DNA of 63,574 bases, filler included, from Asterionella formosa (GCA_002256025.1; 23 parts of 23 records of this genome joined end to end with filler, not necessarily neighbours in it); one strand, 5' to 3'. Counted from the first letter of the whole stretch, positions 1-12,353 are shown. Program-made: numbers and translations. The notes: a model not told the origin generated them from the sequence alone.

Positions 1-444
1 ATAGATAGCATTGTCAAATTTGATAGATAAATGACGATCCATTTCAATCTATTTTGAATAATGCTTGTGATTAGAATTATGATCATGTTTATGATAGATT
101 TACAATGAAACAATTCACATGATAGCAGAGAGTTGAGCTGATTTTAGGATGCGTTGTATTAATAATTTACATCGGATGATCACGAGAATTGAAAATAATA
201 TGAGAAGTTTTATGATGTTAATGAGTAATGTTGTTGATCAGTTGATATACATTGTGTGATGATAATGTTCTTATTATCATTATACTTCAAGTTCGGTAAA
301 ATATCAATAAATCGTTATAGTTACAGGATACCTTGATCATAGTTTTGATCGAAAAATTATCATGTATATGAAAATCCTCTGCCACTTAACAAACAATACC
401 CTTGATCCTATATGCATGATACTTTTTATTTGCAGACGCTGTCC
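1..444. repeat. AT-rich dispersed repeat (unclassified TE fragment), family A
   Basis: Diverged reverse-complement match to 47939..48383. Shared segments include AATGCTTGTGATTAGAATTATGATCAT, GAGTTGAGCTGATTTTAGGATGCGTTGTA and ATACCCTTGATCCTATATGCATGATACTTTTTATTT. Confidence 0.85.
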
Positions 445-1029
445 CACCTGTCATCCACCACTGATGATTTTGATGTAGCAGATGATTCCAAATGAAGGAA
501 AAATAATATAGATTACATGTCAATGCTAGTATGATTGATTAGAAAGCTATCACTCTAGCTAATTGGAAAAACGGAAGGTTTTTCTATTCTAGAATACCAA
601 TATACAAATGCATAGTCATTTTAGTTTTTGATGGGCAGTTTAGATAGGTTTAGTACTAGCTGCGTAAGAATAAAGAATTTACAGGAAACGTGGTTCTACT
701 AATATTAAAAAACCAGGTACAGACTACCGGTAGCTAAGCGACTTTCTATGATCCTCCACCAACTCCCTTGGTTGCCTTTCTCGTTTTCTTCCTGTATGTG
801 TTTAACCGGTATGTACGGAAGTGTACAAGCGGTCGTCATCTGATGAGTTGCTATTGTTGCTCATTTCATCAGGCAGATATGTATGGGTACCCTGGTACCA
901 CAAACCACAGTCCCATCATTTTCTTATTGGTAGTAATCGGGTTTATTAATATAATGATACACATGTAACAACATTCTAGTGCTATTTCTTTTTGCTAAAA
1001 GTTTTGGTGCAAGATTTGACTTTTCTAGG

Positions 1030-1162
1030 ATTTGGTTGATGCAGTGGGGAAAAAAAAAGGAAAAATTCGACTCTTTATAAAAAATTTCTCAACCAAGTGA
1101 TGTTTATTGATATGTTCAACTGCAATTGGCTTTGGTATTTGGTCGATGCAGTGGCGATGCTC
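1030..1162 (-). mobile_element. Possible PIF/Harbinger (Tourist-like) terminus
   Basis: The minus strand reads TAA|GAGCATCGCCA, resembling Tourist/PIF TIRs (GAGCATCTCCA) with a TAA target. TTTGGTYGATGCAGTGG occurs twice. No partner end was found. Confidence 0.3.
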
Positions 1163-1337
1163 TTATAGCCATTGATTCTATATTCTTGACATGAACAGAG
1201 GGTCTACTGGTACGACCAGTACTCTGTACAAGTTGTGGTCATTTTGCTTAAAGAAACAAAGTAATAAATATGGGATAAAGGTAGCAAAATGTTTACCGTA
1301 GCGTCAGCACAATTACAGCAGGAAAGAACAACTTGCT

Positions 1338-1429
1338 GGTACCTGCTGCCCTGGTACCAGGTTACCAGTGCTGTCTCCCGGTATGGTACCAGTACCAGGT
1401 ACCAGGTACCAGGGTACTATGGTACCTGG
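1338..1429. repeat. TA-CCWGG-TA footprint-like array
   Basis: Parses as TA-TGG-TA-CCAG-TA-CCAGG-TA-CCAGG-TA-CCAGGG-TA-C-TA-TGG-TA-CCTGG and abuts the gypsy LTR end. Confidence 0.85.
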
Positions 1430-1625
1430 TGAAGTATCTAACTAGAAGTAGTAGTATTTGTTGAATATATGAGCTTATTAATTAATCCTTATGTATAACT
1501 CATTTCCTGAACTGACATCAAAAGTATAGAATGGGTGTTAGTCGAGTTCTCTCATTATTGAATTCCGATATATTTGACATAACCCCAACTCTATATATAT
1601 CTGTATCGATGTGCAGGATTGCTCA
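1430..1625 (-). mobile_element. Ty3/gypsy 3' LTR, copy 1
   Basis: Follows the integrase stop and the purine tract GGGAGAG. It begins TGAG and ends TTCA. The same ~195-bp sequence occurs at 10182, 12159 and 30804. Confidence 0.85.
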
Positions 1626-1651
1626 CTCTCCCACACTTGAGGGAAAACCTT

Positions 1652-2677
1652 TTACCTATGAAAAGGTTTGATACGACGAATATTAATTCGTTCGGTAATA
1701 TGCATAGTGCGTTGAAAAGTAACTGTACCATTGGCATGTACTTGAATAATAGTATAAGGACCTCGTCCACGATCATCCAAAGTAGTAGGATTATCCAATA
1801 ATATTAAAATCTCGTCACCCACTTTGTAATCATAAGATCGACGACGGAAATTTGCACGACGTAAACGTTCGTCAATTATCACCTGTCGACGTTGATGTAT
1901 TAATTGTAAATCTGTAATCAAAGGAATATTTAATATCATATCACGTTGGAAAACCCATGCTCCTGGTGAAATACGTAATATACTATGAATAGTAGCTCGA
2001 GCTGCATATGACGCAGCTGCAAAACATGTATCCACAATATTTTGGGCTTGAAATTCATTGATTGGAGGATGAGCCTTTAACATAACTCGTAGACTATTGC
2101 TGATAGATTGATGGAAACGTTCACAGATAGCATTTGCTTGTGGATTCTTTACTGTGGTAGTCACATCTTTGATTCCATTCAATACTAACATGTGTAAGAA
2201 AGGAGCACCAGTAAATTCACCTCCATTGTCATGTATACAACGTTCTGGACGGGGATATCTGGCTAACCAATCATTTTCAAATTTCATTGCAATATATTCT
2301 GATGTTTTATTGATGATACGTGAAATTTCTGCTAAATTGGTGACTGTGTCAATACAAGTTAGAGCACGAAATTCAATCGTTTGAGCAGCCACTGTTATCT
2401 TCCATGGACCAATTAGATCTACTGCGACTTCTGACCATGGTAATAATAATGCATTCCTGGGTGGAAGTTCACCAAAACCAGTACCAGGTAATTTTGTACG
2501 TTGACATGCTTCACATACTCTTACAATATGTTCCACTCTTGTTTTTAATATAGGGTGATAAAAATGTGTAGCAATTGTAGCATTTAATCTTGTCATACCC
2601 ACATGAGCTAACATCTGATGATACCAATTAATAATAGGATCCAATAATGATGTAGGAATAGCAATACGCCAAGTATC
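1652..2677 (-). CDS. Ty3/gypsy pol C-terminus: integrase (partial, open frame)
   Basis: HHCC zinc finger (WYHQMLAH...CEAC), DDE core (VDLIGP, IHDNGGEF, NAICER) and GPY module (RGPYTI). Truncated by the contig end. Confidence 0.95.
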   Translation of the reverse strand, partial: DTWRIAIPTSLLDPIINWYHQMLAHVGMTRLNATIATHFYHPILKTRVEHIVRVCEACQRTKLPGTGFGELPPRNALLLPWSEVAVDLIGPWKITVAAQTIEFRALTCIDTVTNLAEISRIINKTSEYIAMKFENDWLARYPRPERCIHDNGGEFTGAPFLHMLVLNGIKDVTTTVKNPQANAICERFHQSISNSLRVMLKAHPPINEFQAQNIVDTCFAAASYAARATIHSILRISPGAWVFQRDMILNIPLITDLQLIHQRRQVIIDERLRRANFRRRSYDYKVGDEILILLDNPTTLDDRGRGPYTIIQVHANGTVTFQRTMHITERINIRRIKPFHR

Positions 2678-2777
2678 NNNNNNNNNNNNNNNNNNNNNNN
2701 NNNNNNNNNNNNNNNNNNNNNTTAATTAATTAANNNNNNNNNNNNNNNNNNNNNNNNNNNNNNNNNNNNNNNNNNNN
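2678..2777. other. Artificial contig-joining spacer N44-TTAATTAATTAA-N44 (six-frame stop linker); first of 22
   Basis: Identical 100-bp spacers start at 2678, 5455, 8231, 11007, 13783, 16557, 19330, 22104, 24876, 27648, 30419, 33181, 35949, 38717, 41483, 44248, 47012, 49775, 52537, 55299, 58058 and 60817. Contig lengths fall from about 2677 to 2658 bp. Confidence 0.99.
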
Positions 2778-3230
2778 ATCTTGAACCAGAAAAATTAGCA
2801 TAAGCGGCAGATGTTGCTCCACCATTGTCTTCACTCTCCCCAGAAATCGCTATAAAATCATCATCAACATTTGGCTCATCAATATTGGGCTCATTGGGCT
2901 CTCTATCTATTCCAAGATCAGTGGATTCAATCTCAGCACTTGCATCTGCTTGTTGCTCGATTCTTCGAAAAATTTGTTTGGCATATCTCACCTCAGCAGG
3001 GCATGTTGGGTCCCCAGTTGGTTTCTTAACTTTGTGCAGCTGTGAAAACTTTCGGCGAAGTGAAGGTCCTGTCCGTTCTTTGCTTGTCTGGGAAATTCTC
3101 GTTGTGCTGTGATGCAACAACTTCCCATTCATGGGACCCAATTGGCAGGTGAGTAGAAATGGTTTCCAGCAATGAGAGAATCTCATTGATCCTGAACTGT
3201 TGACCCCGACTCTGCATGCTTCGGCGAGCT
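2778..3230 (-). pseudogene. Myb/SANT-like (DUF6818-type) protein, frameshifted; often transposon (Harbinger)-associated
   Basis: LPIGSHEWEVVASQHNENFP..R in one frame continues as LRRKFSQLHKVKKPTGDPTCPAEVRYAKQI in another, with a frameshift near 3070. The family assignment is from motif recall. Confidence 0.6.
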
Positions 3231-4788
3231 CTTGGAAACGTTGGTGCTCGCCTGGCAGTTGCTGTTCTTGAAACTGAACTAGTAGGAGCACGTGAAAAAT
3301 CGTTTTTGTTCCTTGATGGGGACTGAGTAACCCAAGAAACACCTGGGACACCTATCCTACTGTCCTCATCGTCACTGGCAAACTTATCAGCAACAGTGTC
3401 ATCTTCATTGTTGTCGTCGTCGTCGTCCTCCTCCTCTTCTTCTGGTTGAGTCTGTTCTTGTTGTTCTTGTTGCTGGTGACGGCGACGTTCAAGCAGCCTT
3501 GGAGAGGAAGGGAAGCCCTCCCTGGCTGGCTGCTCTCCTTTGACCAGAAGAAGATGAAGACATGGCCGAAATCTAAAAGCGATGACGATCGATTTATTGA
3601 GGAGGTTGATTGATAGTATGTAACGATATGCATATGTATATGCATACCTATTTTGGCAAGAGCAAGCCATTTTGAGTATGAGCAAGCAAGTCTTGAAATA
3701 TTCCGGGAAATTCTATATACTCATTCATGTCTAAACATCTTTTTATATAATGCACTGTTATTTATAACTGTAAAAAATTTGTGTTTGTGTTGACCAAATT
3801 TGGTAATCCTGGTAAGCACCTGCAGGTAAGGAGAGGAAGGTGTGAGTGATATGACACCAACAGCAGGTGAAGGAGGGAAGTCTGAGCTGCCAGTTTGCTT
3901 TTGGAACTATATACTTGGGTTGCACTGCCTCCCAGCAGATCGAGATGCAATGTCACCTAGTTTTGAAACTAAGGTGGATGACATCAGCCAGCCAGTCAAC
4001 TCTCATCTTGAAGGAGTTTTGACTCTTGACTACTAGTATTATTGGTGGTAGCAGGAGTGACAAGTATGCAGAATGATGATTGAGAGTCCAGAAATGCCTC
4101 AAATGTGTTGTTTGAAGAAGTTTTCAACAATTAACAAGTTGATGAACCAACAGAAATGATGCAGGATGTGCGTCAAAGAGGTAGGAGGGAGGAAGCAATT
4201 CTTTCAGTATTGTAGCCTTTCTGTTACACCAAAAACTATTTGTTCTGTGGTAGGAATGCAAAGTTGGAATTAGGTTTGTAAGGTGGCTGAAAATGTTACA
4301 AGGGTTGGACAGGATAGAGTAAGGAAGGTGGAGTATTGTTACTTCTTGGCAAAGCGTTGTGTGGGATACTATGATGACTGCCCTACTTTGAGCTGCGTTT
4401 TTTTCACTGCCACATTGCAAATCGACAAAATGTATGAGGTATATATTCCAGATAGAAAAGTGCCACAGATTAGATTGCCAATGAATTGATATCTGCTGAT
4501 CATCATCACACTGGTGGTCATACACAGCTAGTATGTATTTAGGTTATCATTACAAAGATGCATGATTTCATACTACTGGAGCTACATTACTTTTTTCACT
4601 ATTTTTCATTAGCTATACATTGATTGTTTTCACTTCATTTCGGGTATATATGTATTATCCATATACATACCTACCAGTAATAGACTTGGTCCTCTATTTA
4701 CTGTAATGTAGTGCTATAGTATATGTACTCGTGGTGACTTCATATTAAGTACTCTAAATATATACAATGGTCTATTCCCCGAATACAC

Positions 4789-4892
4789 GTACCCTGGTAC
4801 CCTGGTACCAGGGTACCAGTCGATAGGAGCAATGGTACCAGTACCGGTATTGTCGCTAGCTTTGTGAACTGAACTGGAGTACTACCGGTAGT
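4789..4892. repeat. TA-CCCTGG/CCAGGG/CCAG/CCGG-TA footprint-like array
   Basis: GTACCCTGGTACCCTGGTACCAGGGTACCAG...GGTACCAGTACCGGTA...TACTACCGGTAGTA. Confidence 0.8.
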
Positions 4893-5554
4893 AAACCACT
4901 AGTGCTAGCTTCCACTACGGGTTTAACTGGGAGTTTTATTACCACTACGTTCCCAGTATGCTGAAACTAAAAGTTAACCTTCTTATTCACACCCTGAATT
5001 TTAGGTCAAACCGACACCTAAAAAATGGTCGGTGCAAAATGTACACACGAGAACGACTTCTACCTCGGGCGGACCACACCCATCCATACCTAATACAGAA
5101 AGTACTGATAATACGTTGCAGGGTGGAGCAGATGACAAAAAATATTGTAACTATAGCATACACACAATATGTAAATTACGACTCACTATCACTTCATTTC
5201 AACCTCAACCAAATGATAGAATGTAGATGAAATGAATATCTAGCTATGAGTAGTGTCAGTTCTACTTGTTCTGTTGAAAATTGTTGACAACATTCAACAA
5301 TCGTGGCCTGATTCTTCGGTTGACTGATTGAACCAAATTAATTCCTTTGTTCATTTCAATAACTACTAGTAGCAATTCATTAGCATCAAAGTTTCAAAAT
5401 CAGAGTTTCGATGTTAACATTGTATTCTTTAGTAGTAGATTTATCCATACTGCTNNNNNNNNNNNNNNNNNNNNNNNNNNNNNNNNNNNNNNNNNNNNTT
5501 AATTAATTAANNNNNNNNNNNNNNNNNNNNNNNNNNNNNNNNNNNNNNNNNNNN

Positions 5555-6129
5555 CCCTGTAGTCAATTTTAGGTTCGAGCAGGGACCATCGAGCAACGTC
5601 AGGAGTAGTAGTACATGAATAAAATTTTCATGGGAATGACGAACAAGTTTAAAAGCCACAACACATCAAGCATGAGGGAGCACCAAATATACACATGAAA
5701 AATGATCACACAAGAAAGGTTGTAACAAGAATCGAAAAAGTCAACATGATGTTTTGAAGCAACCTATCATGAAATGGAAATCAGGAGGTAAGAAGCAACA
5801 ATGATTAGCAAGGAGTAGAATGAATAATGAAAAAGAAAATGAGTAAGCTGAAAAGTTATGGGAAAATTTGTCAATGCATGTTCATTAGCTATTGTTAACT
5901 TACACTTTCTTCACATTGTGTTAATCTGCCAGATAAAGTTCGTTAGAGCAGAGCTAGAGAAACAATAGGATAACAAAAACAAAGGACATTCGATAAAAAT
6001 GAAAACTATAAAAGAGTGAGTTAAAATGCATTATCTAAAAAGGCATATTGACTGGTGTCAGAGGGGATGCAAGACGTGGCATAAGCTGATGTATGATGAG
6101 AATAAGACATGTATGACGAGAATTAGACA
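5555..6129 (-). mobile_element. Probable Ty1/copia 3' LTR (partial)
   Basis: Downstream of the RNase H stop, a G-rich PPT (GGGGGGAC) is followed by TGTC. Part of it (about 5705-5790) resembles the reverse complement of 47112-47215. Confidence 0.55.
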
Positions 6130-6175
6130 GTCCCCCCAAAGTGAATGACAGCAGGAACGATGAACTTTGTGGTCG

Positions 6176-6905
6176 TTAACGCCATAACATGTGGCAACAG
6201 AGCTCGAGATGTTTGTCTGGTGAAAACCATTTGGTTAAGACATCAGCCAAATTGGTGGATCCCGGTTCATGATGAACTCGCAAGGAGCATGTAGCAACAG
6301 ATTCACGAACATTACTATGGTAAGCAATGGAGTTATGTTTATTTGATAACGTAGACTCAGGCTTGGTTACATTAGGGACCACACTGTTGTTATCACATAA
6401 GGAATTAGCGGGTTTGTCAATAGGTATACCAAGCATTCATAGTTTGTATCGAAGTCCATCGTTCATTTCTGTGGAAATTTTCAAAGCAACAAACTCTGAA
6501 CCAAAAGTAAAGGATTCGATTGTGTTTTGTTGTTTAGAATACCATTTAACCGGGGTGCTGTAAAGGAATATAATGATACCACTTGTTGAGCGCAATGTCA
6601 TTAAGTCGGTAACATGTGATGCATCGCAAAACATGTTAATTTGATCTCAATTTCCACGTGCTTTAGGTGCATTGATAGGCATCTCTTCGTTTACGCTTGG
6701 GTAGAATTCCTTCCAATTCTCAGATATCCAGGAAAGGTTTGACCAATCTTATTCATGAGGATCAATAACAATGTGACACTTGAGGTATTTCTTTATGTAG
6801 GCAAAGACGTGTAATACTGCAACCATGTGCCGCTTTCATAGAGCGGCCATAAAATTTTCCAGTGTTGCGCCAGTATGATGTGCCAAGTCAATTCTTCCAA
6901 GCTCA
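6176..6905 (-). pseudogene. Ty1/copia RT C-terminus/RNase H, degenerate
   Basis: Motifs FCDASH, RSTSG, WYSKQQNTIE, GSEFVAL, CDNNSV, KHNSIAYH and NLADVLTK, with stops and frameshifts. Confidence 0.92.
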
Positions 6906-7984
6906 ATCAATAGCCCATTTTGGTCCATTACACTTTTTGCATAAAAGTGTCCGAAAATGCATAATGAGTTAGTCAGGGGAACTCGGGATTACTTTTTTTG
7001 ACTAAATTTGTAGCAAATCAATTATAAGCAGAAACTTTTCCTAACTAAATTTTCAATGACTCTTTTCACTTAGCATATTGAAAATCTAAAAATAAATAAA
7101 TATTTGTACTACTGTACATTTTGTCAAGAAATCGGATGCATAATGTATCAGATGTACCTAGCTTTTCTACATGGAACACATCATACATACCACAAACCTC
7201 GTATATACTTTGTACATTCTGTATGTACAGCGTCATATATTATACATGCTTGGTAGTACCAGATGCCATCAGGCAGTACTTCCATGTGTGTTTGTACAGC
7301 TGCCTGTGGTATGGGGTCAATGAAACAGCAACTCCATCTTGACCATGACGAAATTATGGAGTTGAATATCTTCATGAATATTGGCAATGAACAATTCCTA
7401 TATCGCACGTGTATGCAGACTAACGTAGACGATATTATCGTTCAATAATAAAATTTTTTGCACTAGTATTGACAACAAAAAGTTAAAATCAGCGCTGGAA
7501 GTTGTTTTTGGTCGTCATTTGCTCAGTTTTGAAGATATGACCAAAGTAGCTACAGTGTTGTTGCCATGGCTGTAGTTATGTTCGAACAGCACAAAGGATG
7601 TCCTGTTACGGGTTTCGATACCAGTACCCAAGTTGAGATTGATCGTTGTGGGTTAATTACGTGGAAATACTACAGATCATTTTCTACACATGCAGTGACA
7701 TAAAATTATAGCAAAAAAAGAAGGCCTGTTACCGTTATAAATTATTTTACTAGCGATGTACCGGAACCCACATTGATATACCGCTAAGCAAGGAAATTTT
7801 GGGTTGATATAAAGGAGAAAACTATATATTAACTTAAATTATAGACGCTCCTCCATGTTGAGACGAAACTTGCGTATAATGAGCGTGTTTAAAGGTATGC
7901 AAATGTTCAACTATGTATACATTTAAACTTCTTACAAATCTTTATATATATGTATTCATGGCTGAAACATTTGAAATCATGTTT

Positions 7985-8230
7985 TCATCATGTTCCTTGT
8001 CATGCATACACTTTGCTCCGGAATTGAAGGATTAACACAGATGATGACGCCGAAAACGAAAGTGATAATAAAGCACAATGATACTGGCGGCTTAGAAGAG
8101 AAAGGCGGAATCAATTGATGGTAAGTCAAGAGCAGATGCCTTTCATGTTCCTTGTCATGCTGCATCCACTTCCTCAAATGAAGGATCTCAAGCAACACAT
8201 GATGCGAAAAACTGAAGTGACAATACAGCA
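7985..8230. repeat. Diverged tandem repeat, period about 156 bp, running into the gap
   Basis: TCATGTTCCTTGTCATGC...GATG..GAAAA..GAAGTGA.AATA.AGCA occurs at about 7988 and about 8143. Confidence 0.7.
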
Positions 8231-10124
8231 NNNNNNNNNNNNNNNNNNNNNNNNNNNNNNNNNNNNNNNNNNNNTTAATTAATTAANNNNNNNNNNNNNN
8301 NNNNNNNNNNNNNNNNNNNNNNNNNNNNNNGCGGCATATATAATGCTGATTGTTACCATAATTTACAACCATTTTGTCTACTACTGCAGAGTATACTCTT
8401 GCCATCCAAGGATCGAGAAGCTCATCATCACTGCTCATCCTCAAAACCTGTTAAAAAGGGACAAAATCTCTTGTCTTGGTGATGGCCTTTAAACAACTAA
8501 TATTTTCAACAGCTGCATTGAATTGACATAAATACATTCCAAGTGCAAAGATTAGACAAATAACCATTGGATTGGGATAAGCAGGCCTTGAGAATCTTGA
8601 CTGGTCACCTTTTAAATATTTATCCCTCAAAAGTGCTTGTTTTTGGTCATCACAACGGCCATTGCAATGGCCATCACTTACCTTCTCTTATCTTTGTTCC
8701 TTAATGTGATCCTGTGGATTGCTTGTTCACTGCTGGTTCAAGAATTGGAACTATGAGATGATGGTTCCTCGAGGGCACTCATTCCAATTTAGTTTTGAGC
8801 GATTTTAACATTGGTTGTCAAGGCAAGGCAAAGCAAAGCAAACATTTTGAAATTACAAAGCAAAATGCACAGGACATTTGGTCTGAGAAGGAGGAATGAA
8901 CCATGACAAGTTTGATGAACCTCAAAACTGCCAAGGAAGATAGTTAATGCTAGAATATTATTAATAACATACATTAGTAAGTGGAAAGGATTAATAAGTT
9001 CAATTATATAGCAGCATTATGAATCATATGTGGTTGAGAACAAGTATGTTCATTGCTTTGGTCCATCTTTCTTTGTCTACTTCGCAACAATTATATTAAA
9101 GTATGTATGGCCGTTGGTTGAGACCAAAATGCAATGCATTCAAGATTTAGTTGCCTTTCTTTTTTCCTTCCTCCAAAGATGTTTACAAACAGAAATTATA
9201 GTGATACATCAAATATGTTGAGCCCACTCAATTTCAGAAATGAATTTGCGTGGGTAAATGTTCCTGTTTCAACAAACAATAAAGGAGGACCCACATTCCC
9301 CATAACATCAATCTTGTATCCTTGATTGATGCAAGGCATTCTCTTGTCACCACGAAAATCAATCCTCTCAATTCCAAGACTCTCTTATCAATTGCATCAT
9401 TTTAAATTACTTCGAAATGGATCAAATCCTTCTTGTTCTTTTCGTTGAAACCTGTAGATATCTTTCTCCTTTCCTTGTTTTTTGGTTGAAACTTGTAGAC
9501 AGAATTCACCACAGCAAGCTTTTGGCAATTCTGAGAAATCGCCTCTTCATGTTCAGACATGGGCATTGGATTTATGCTGACAGGCAAGGATTACCTTCAG
9601 TGCCTTGCTTGTTAGTATTGTTACCATTTGTCGTGTTTCTTTCTATTCGTTCTCCCTTGGTCACTGAAAATCAATTGCAAGTTTCCAACAAGCTCATGGA
9701 ACATGGAACGAATGGTACTACCTGTCACCAAGAACATCTGAGACTCAATGAGGATGGCATTGCTGGTCGATCATAGTTATAGCAAGGAGTTGATGGTGAA
9801 GATCAAACATTGACAAACAGAGGTATCATCATGGTGAGTGTAGCAATCAAGTGTGAGGCTGTGGCTCCTCAGTGTATGTGGCATGTATTTGTCAAGAGAT
9901 TCATGATGGTTTATTATTAAGAATTGGTATGTTCATTCATATATTTAATGAAGAGGAAATGAACGACATCAACTTGGACGACTCTACTTTTATGTATTCA
10001 AAACAAATATTAGGTTGTGCTAAAATTTACAAAAGTAGAACCAGCTACTGGTACGATGGGCCGGTTTGTACCTGATGTACTTTGGGGGGGGCCACCAAGC
10101 CATAATTTGGATCGAAGTGCTGTA

Positions 10125-10178
10125 TACTACCGGTAGGTACATGGTATGGTATGGTATGGTATGGTATGGTATGGTACC
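10125..10178. repeat. (TATGG)n / TA-CCGG-TA array
   Basis: TACTACCGGTAGGTAC followed by ATGGT x7 and ACC, directly beside the gypsy LTR end. Confidence 0.85.
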
Positions 10179-10181
10179 GAG

Positions 10182-11006
10182 TGAAGTATCTAACTAGAAG
10201 TAGTAGTATTTGTTGAATATATGAGCTTATTTGTTAATCCTTGTGTGTAACTCGTTCTCCAAGTCGACACCAAAGTATACAATGAGGGTTAGTCGAGTTC
10301 TCTCATTATTGAGTTCTTATACATACATGATATAACACTAACCCTATATACATCTGTATTGATGCGCAAGATCGCTCACTCTCCCACACCAAGGGAAAAC
10401 CTTTTACCTTTGAAAAGGTTTGATGTAATGGATATTAATTCAGTCCGTAGTATGCATAGTTTGTTGAAAAGTAACTGGACCATTGGCATATACTTGAATA
10501 AATAGAATAAGGACCTCGTCCATGGTTATCCAAGGTAGTAGGATTATCCGATAGGATTAAAACCTCATCAACAACCTTGTAATCGCAAGAACGACGACGG
10601 AAAGTATCACGACGTAGTCATTTGTCAATTATCACTTATCGACATTGATATCCCAATATCAATTACATATCTATAATCAAATCATGTTGTAAAACCCATG
10701 TTCCTGGTGAAAATACACAATGTACTATAAATAGTAGCTCGAGCTGCATATGATGCAGCAAACTGGTATCCACAATATTCTGAACTTGAAATTCCTTGAT
10801 TGGAGGATGAGCCTTTAACATGACTTGTACATAGGCTTTTAATGTGTATGAAAGGAATACCAGTAAATTGACCTCCATTGTCATGTATACAACCTTCTGG
10901 ACGGAGATATCCGTCCAACCAATCATTTTTAAATTTCATCGCAATATATTCTGATGTCTTATTATTGATATGTGAAATTTCTGGTAAATTGGTGACTGTG
11001 TTAACT
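10182..11006 (-). mobile_element. Older diverged copy of the same gypsy family: LTR (10182..10378) plus a decayed, internally deleted integrase
   Basis: Clear but diverged similarity to 1430-2350 (KFKNDWL, IHDNGGQF, AASYAARAT), with frameshifts. Confidence 0.92.
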
Positions 11007-11106
11007 NNNNNNNNNNNNNNNNNNNNNNNNNNNNNNNNNNNNNNNNNNNNTTAATTAATTAANNNNNNNNNNNNNNNNNNNNNNNNNNNNNNNNNNNNNN
11101 NNNNNN

Positions 11107-12132
11107 GATACTTGGCGTATTGCTATTCCTACATCATTATTGGATCCTATTATTAATTGGTATCATCAGATGTTAGCTCATGTGGGTATGACAAGATTAA
11201 ATGCTACAATTGCTACACATTTTTATCACCCTATATTAAAAACAAGAGTGGAACATATTGTAAGAGTATGTGAAGCATGTCAACGTACAAAATTACCTGG
11301 TACTGGTTTTGGTGAACTTCCACCCAGGAATGCATTATTATTACCATGGTCAGAAGTCGCAGTAGATCTAATTGGTCCATGGAAGATAACAGTGGCTGCT
11401 CAAACGATTGAATTTCGTGCTCTAACTTGTATTGACACAGTCACCAATTTAGCAGAAATTTCACGTATCATCAATAAAACATCAGAATATATTGCAATGA
11501 AATTTGAAAATGATTGGTTAGCCAGATATCCCCGTCCAGAACGTTGTATACATGACAATGGAGGTGAATTTACTGGTGCTCCTTTCTTACACATGTTAGT
11601 ATTGAATGGAATCAAAGATGTGACTACCACAGTAAAGAATCCACAAGCAAATGCTATCTGTGAACGTTTCCATCAATCTATCAGCAATAGTCTACGAGTT
11701 ATGTTAAAGGCTCATCCTCCAATCAATGAATTTCAAGCCCAAAATATTGTGGATACATGTTTTGCAGCTGCGTCATATGCAGCTCGAGCTACTATTTATA
11801 GTATATTACGTATTTCACCAGGAGCATGGGTTTTCCAACGTGATATGATATTAAATATTCCTTTGATTACAGATTTACAATTAATACATCAACGTCGACA
11901 GGTGATAATTGACGAACGTTTACGTCGTGCAAATTTCCGTCGTCGATCTTATGATTACAAAGTGGGTGACGAGATTTTAATATTATTGGATAATCCTACT
12001 ACTTTGGATGATCGTGGACGAGGTCCTTATACTATTATTCAAGTACATGCCAATGGTACAGTTACTTTTCAACGCACTATGCATATTACCGAACGAATTA
12101 ATATTCGTCGTATCAAACCTTTTCATAGGTAA
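11107..12132 (+). CDS. Ty3/gypsy integrase (partial), copy 2
   Basis: The protein is identical to the 1652..2644 ORF except for H->Y (ATIHS vs ATIYS). Confidence 0.95.
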   Translation, partial: DTWRIAIPTSLLDPIINWYHQMLAHVGMTRLNATIATHFYHPILKTRVEHIVRVCEACQRTKLPGTGFGELPPRNALLLPWSEVAVDLIGPWKITVAAQTIEFRALTCIDTVTNLAEISRIINKTSEYIAMKFENDWLARYPRPERCIHDNGGEFTGAPFLHMLVLNGIKDVTTTVKNPQANAICERFHQSISNSLRVMLKAHPPINEFQAQNIVDTCFAAASYAARATIYSILRISPGAWVFQRDMILNIPLITDLQLIHQRRQVIIDERLRRANFRRRSYDYKVGDEILILLDNPTTLDDRGRGPYTIIQVHANGTVTFQRTMHITERINIRRIKPFHR

Positions 12133-12158
12133 AAGGTTTTCCCTCAAGTGTGGGAGAG

Positions 12159-12353
12159 TGAGCAATCCTGCACATCGATACAGATATATATAGAGTTGGG
12201 GTTATGTCAAATATATCGGAATTCAATAATGAGAGAACTCGACTAACACCCATTCTATACTTTGATGTCAGTTCAGGAAATGAGTTATACATAAGGATTA
12301 ATTAATAAGCTCATATATTCAACAAATACTACTACTTCTAGTTAGATACTTCA
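12159..12353 (+). mobile_element. Ty3/gypsy 3' LTR, copy 2
   Basis: PPT GGGAGAG at 12152-12158, then TGAG...TTCA, followed by CCAGGTACC. Confidence 0.85.

Noticed and set aside
2678..2777. Regularly spaced TTAATTAATTAA palindrome resembling a repeat array; ORFs ending XXXXLIN
   Set aside because: Artificial scaffold linker. Adjacency across it carries no biological meaning.
4124..4525. Cys-rich decayed reading (CRMC..RKQ..YC) as a piggyBac or SWIM domain
   Set aside because: Too degenerate to assign without a search.
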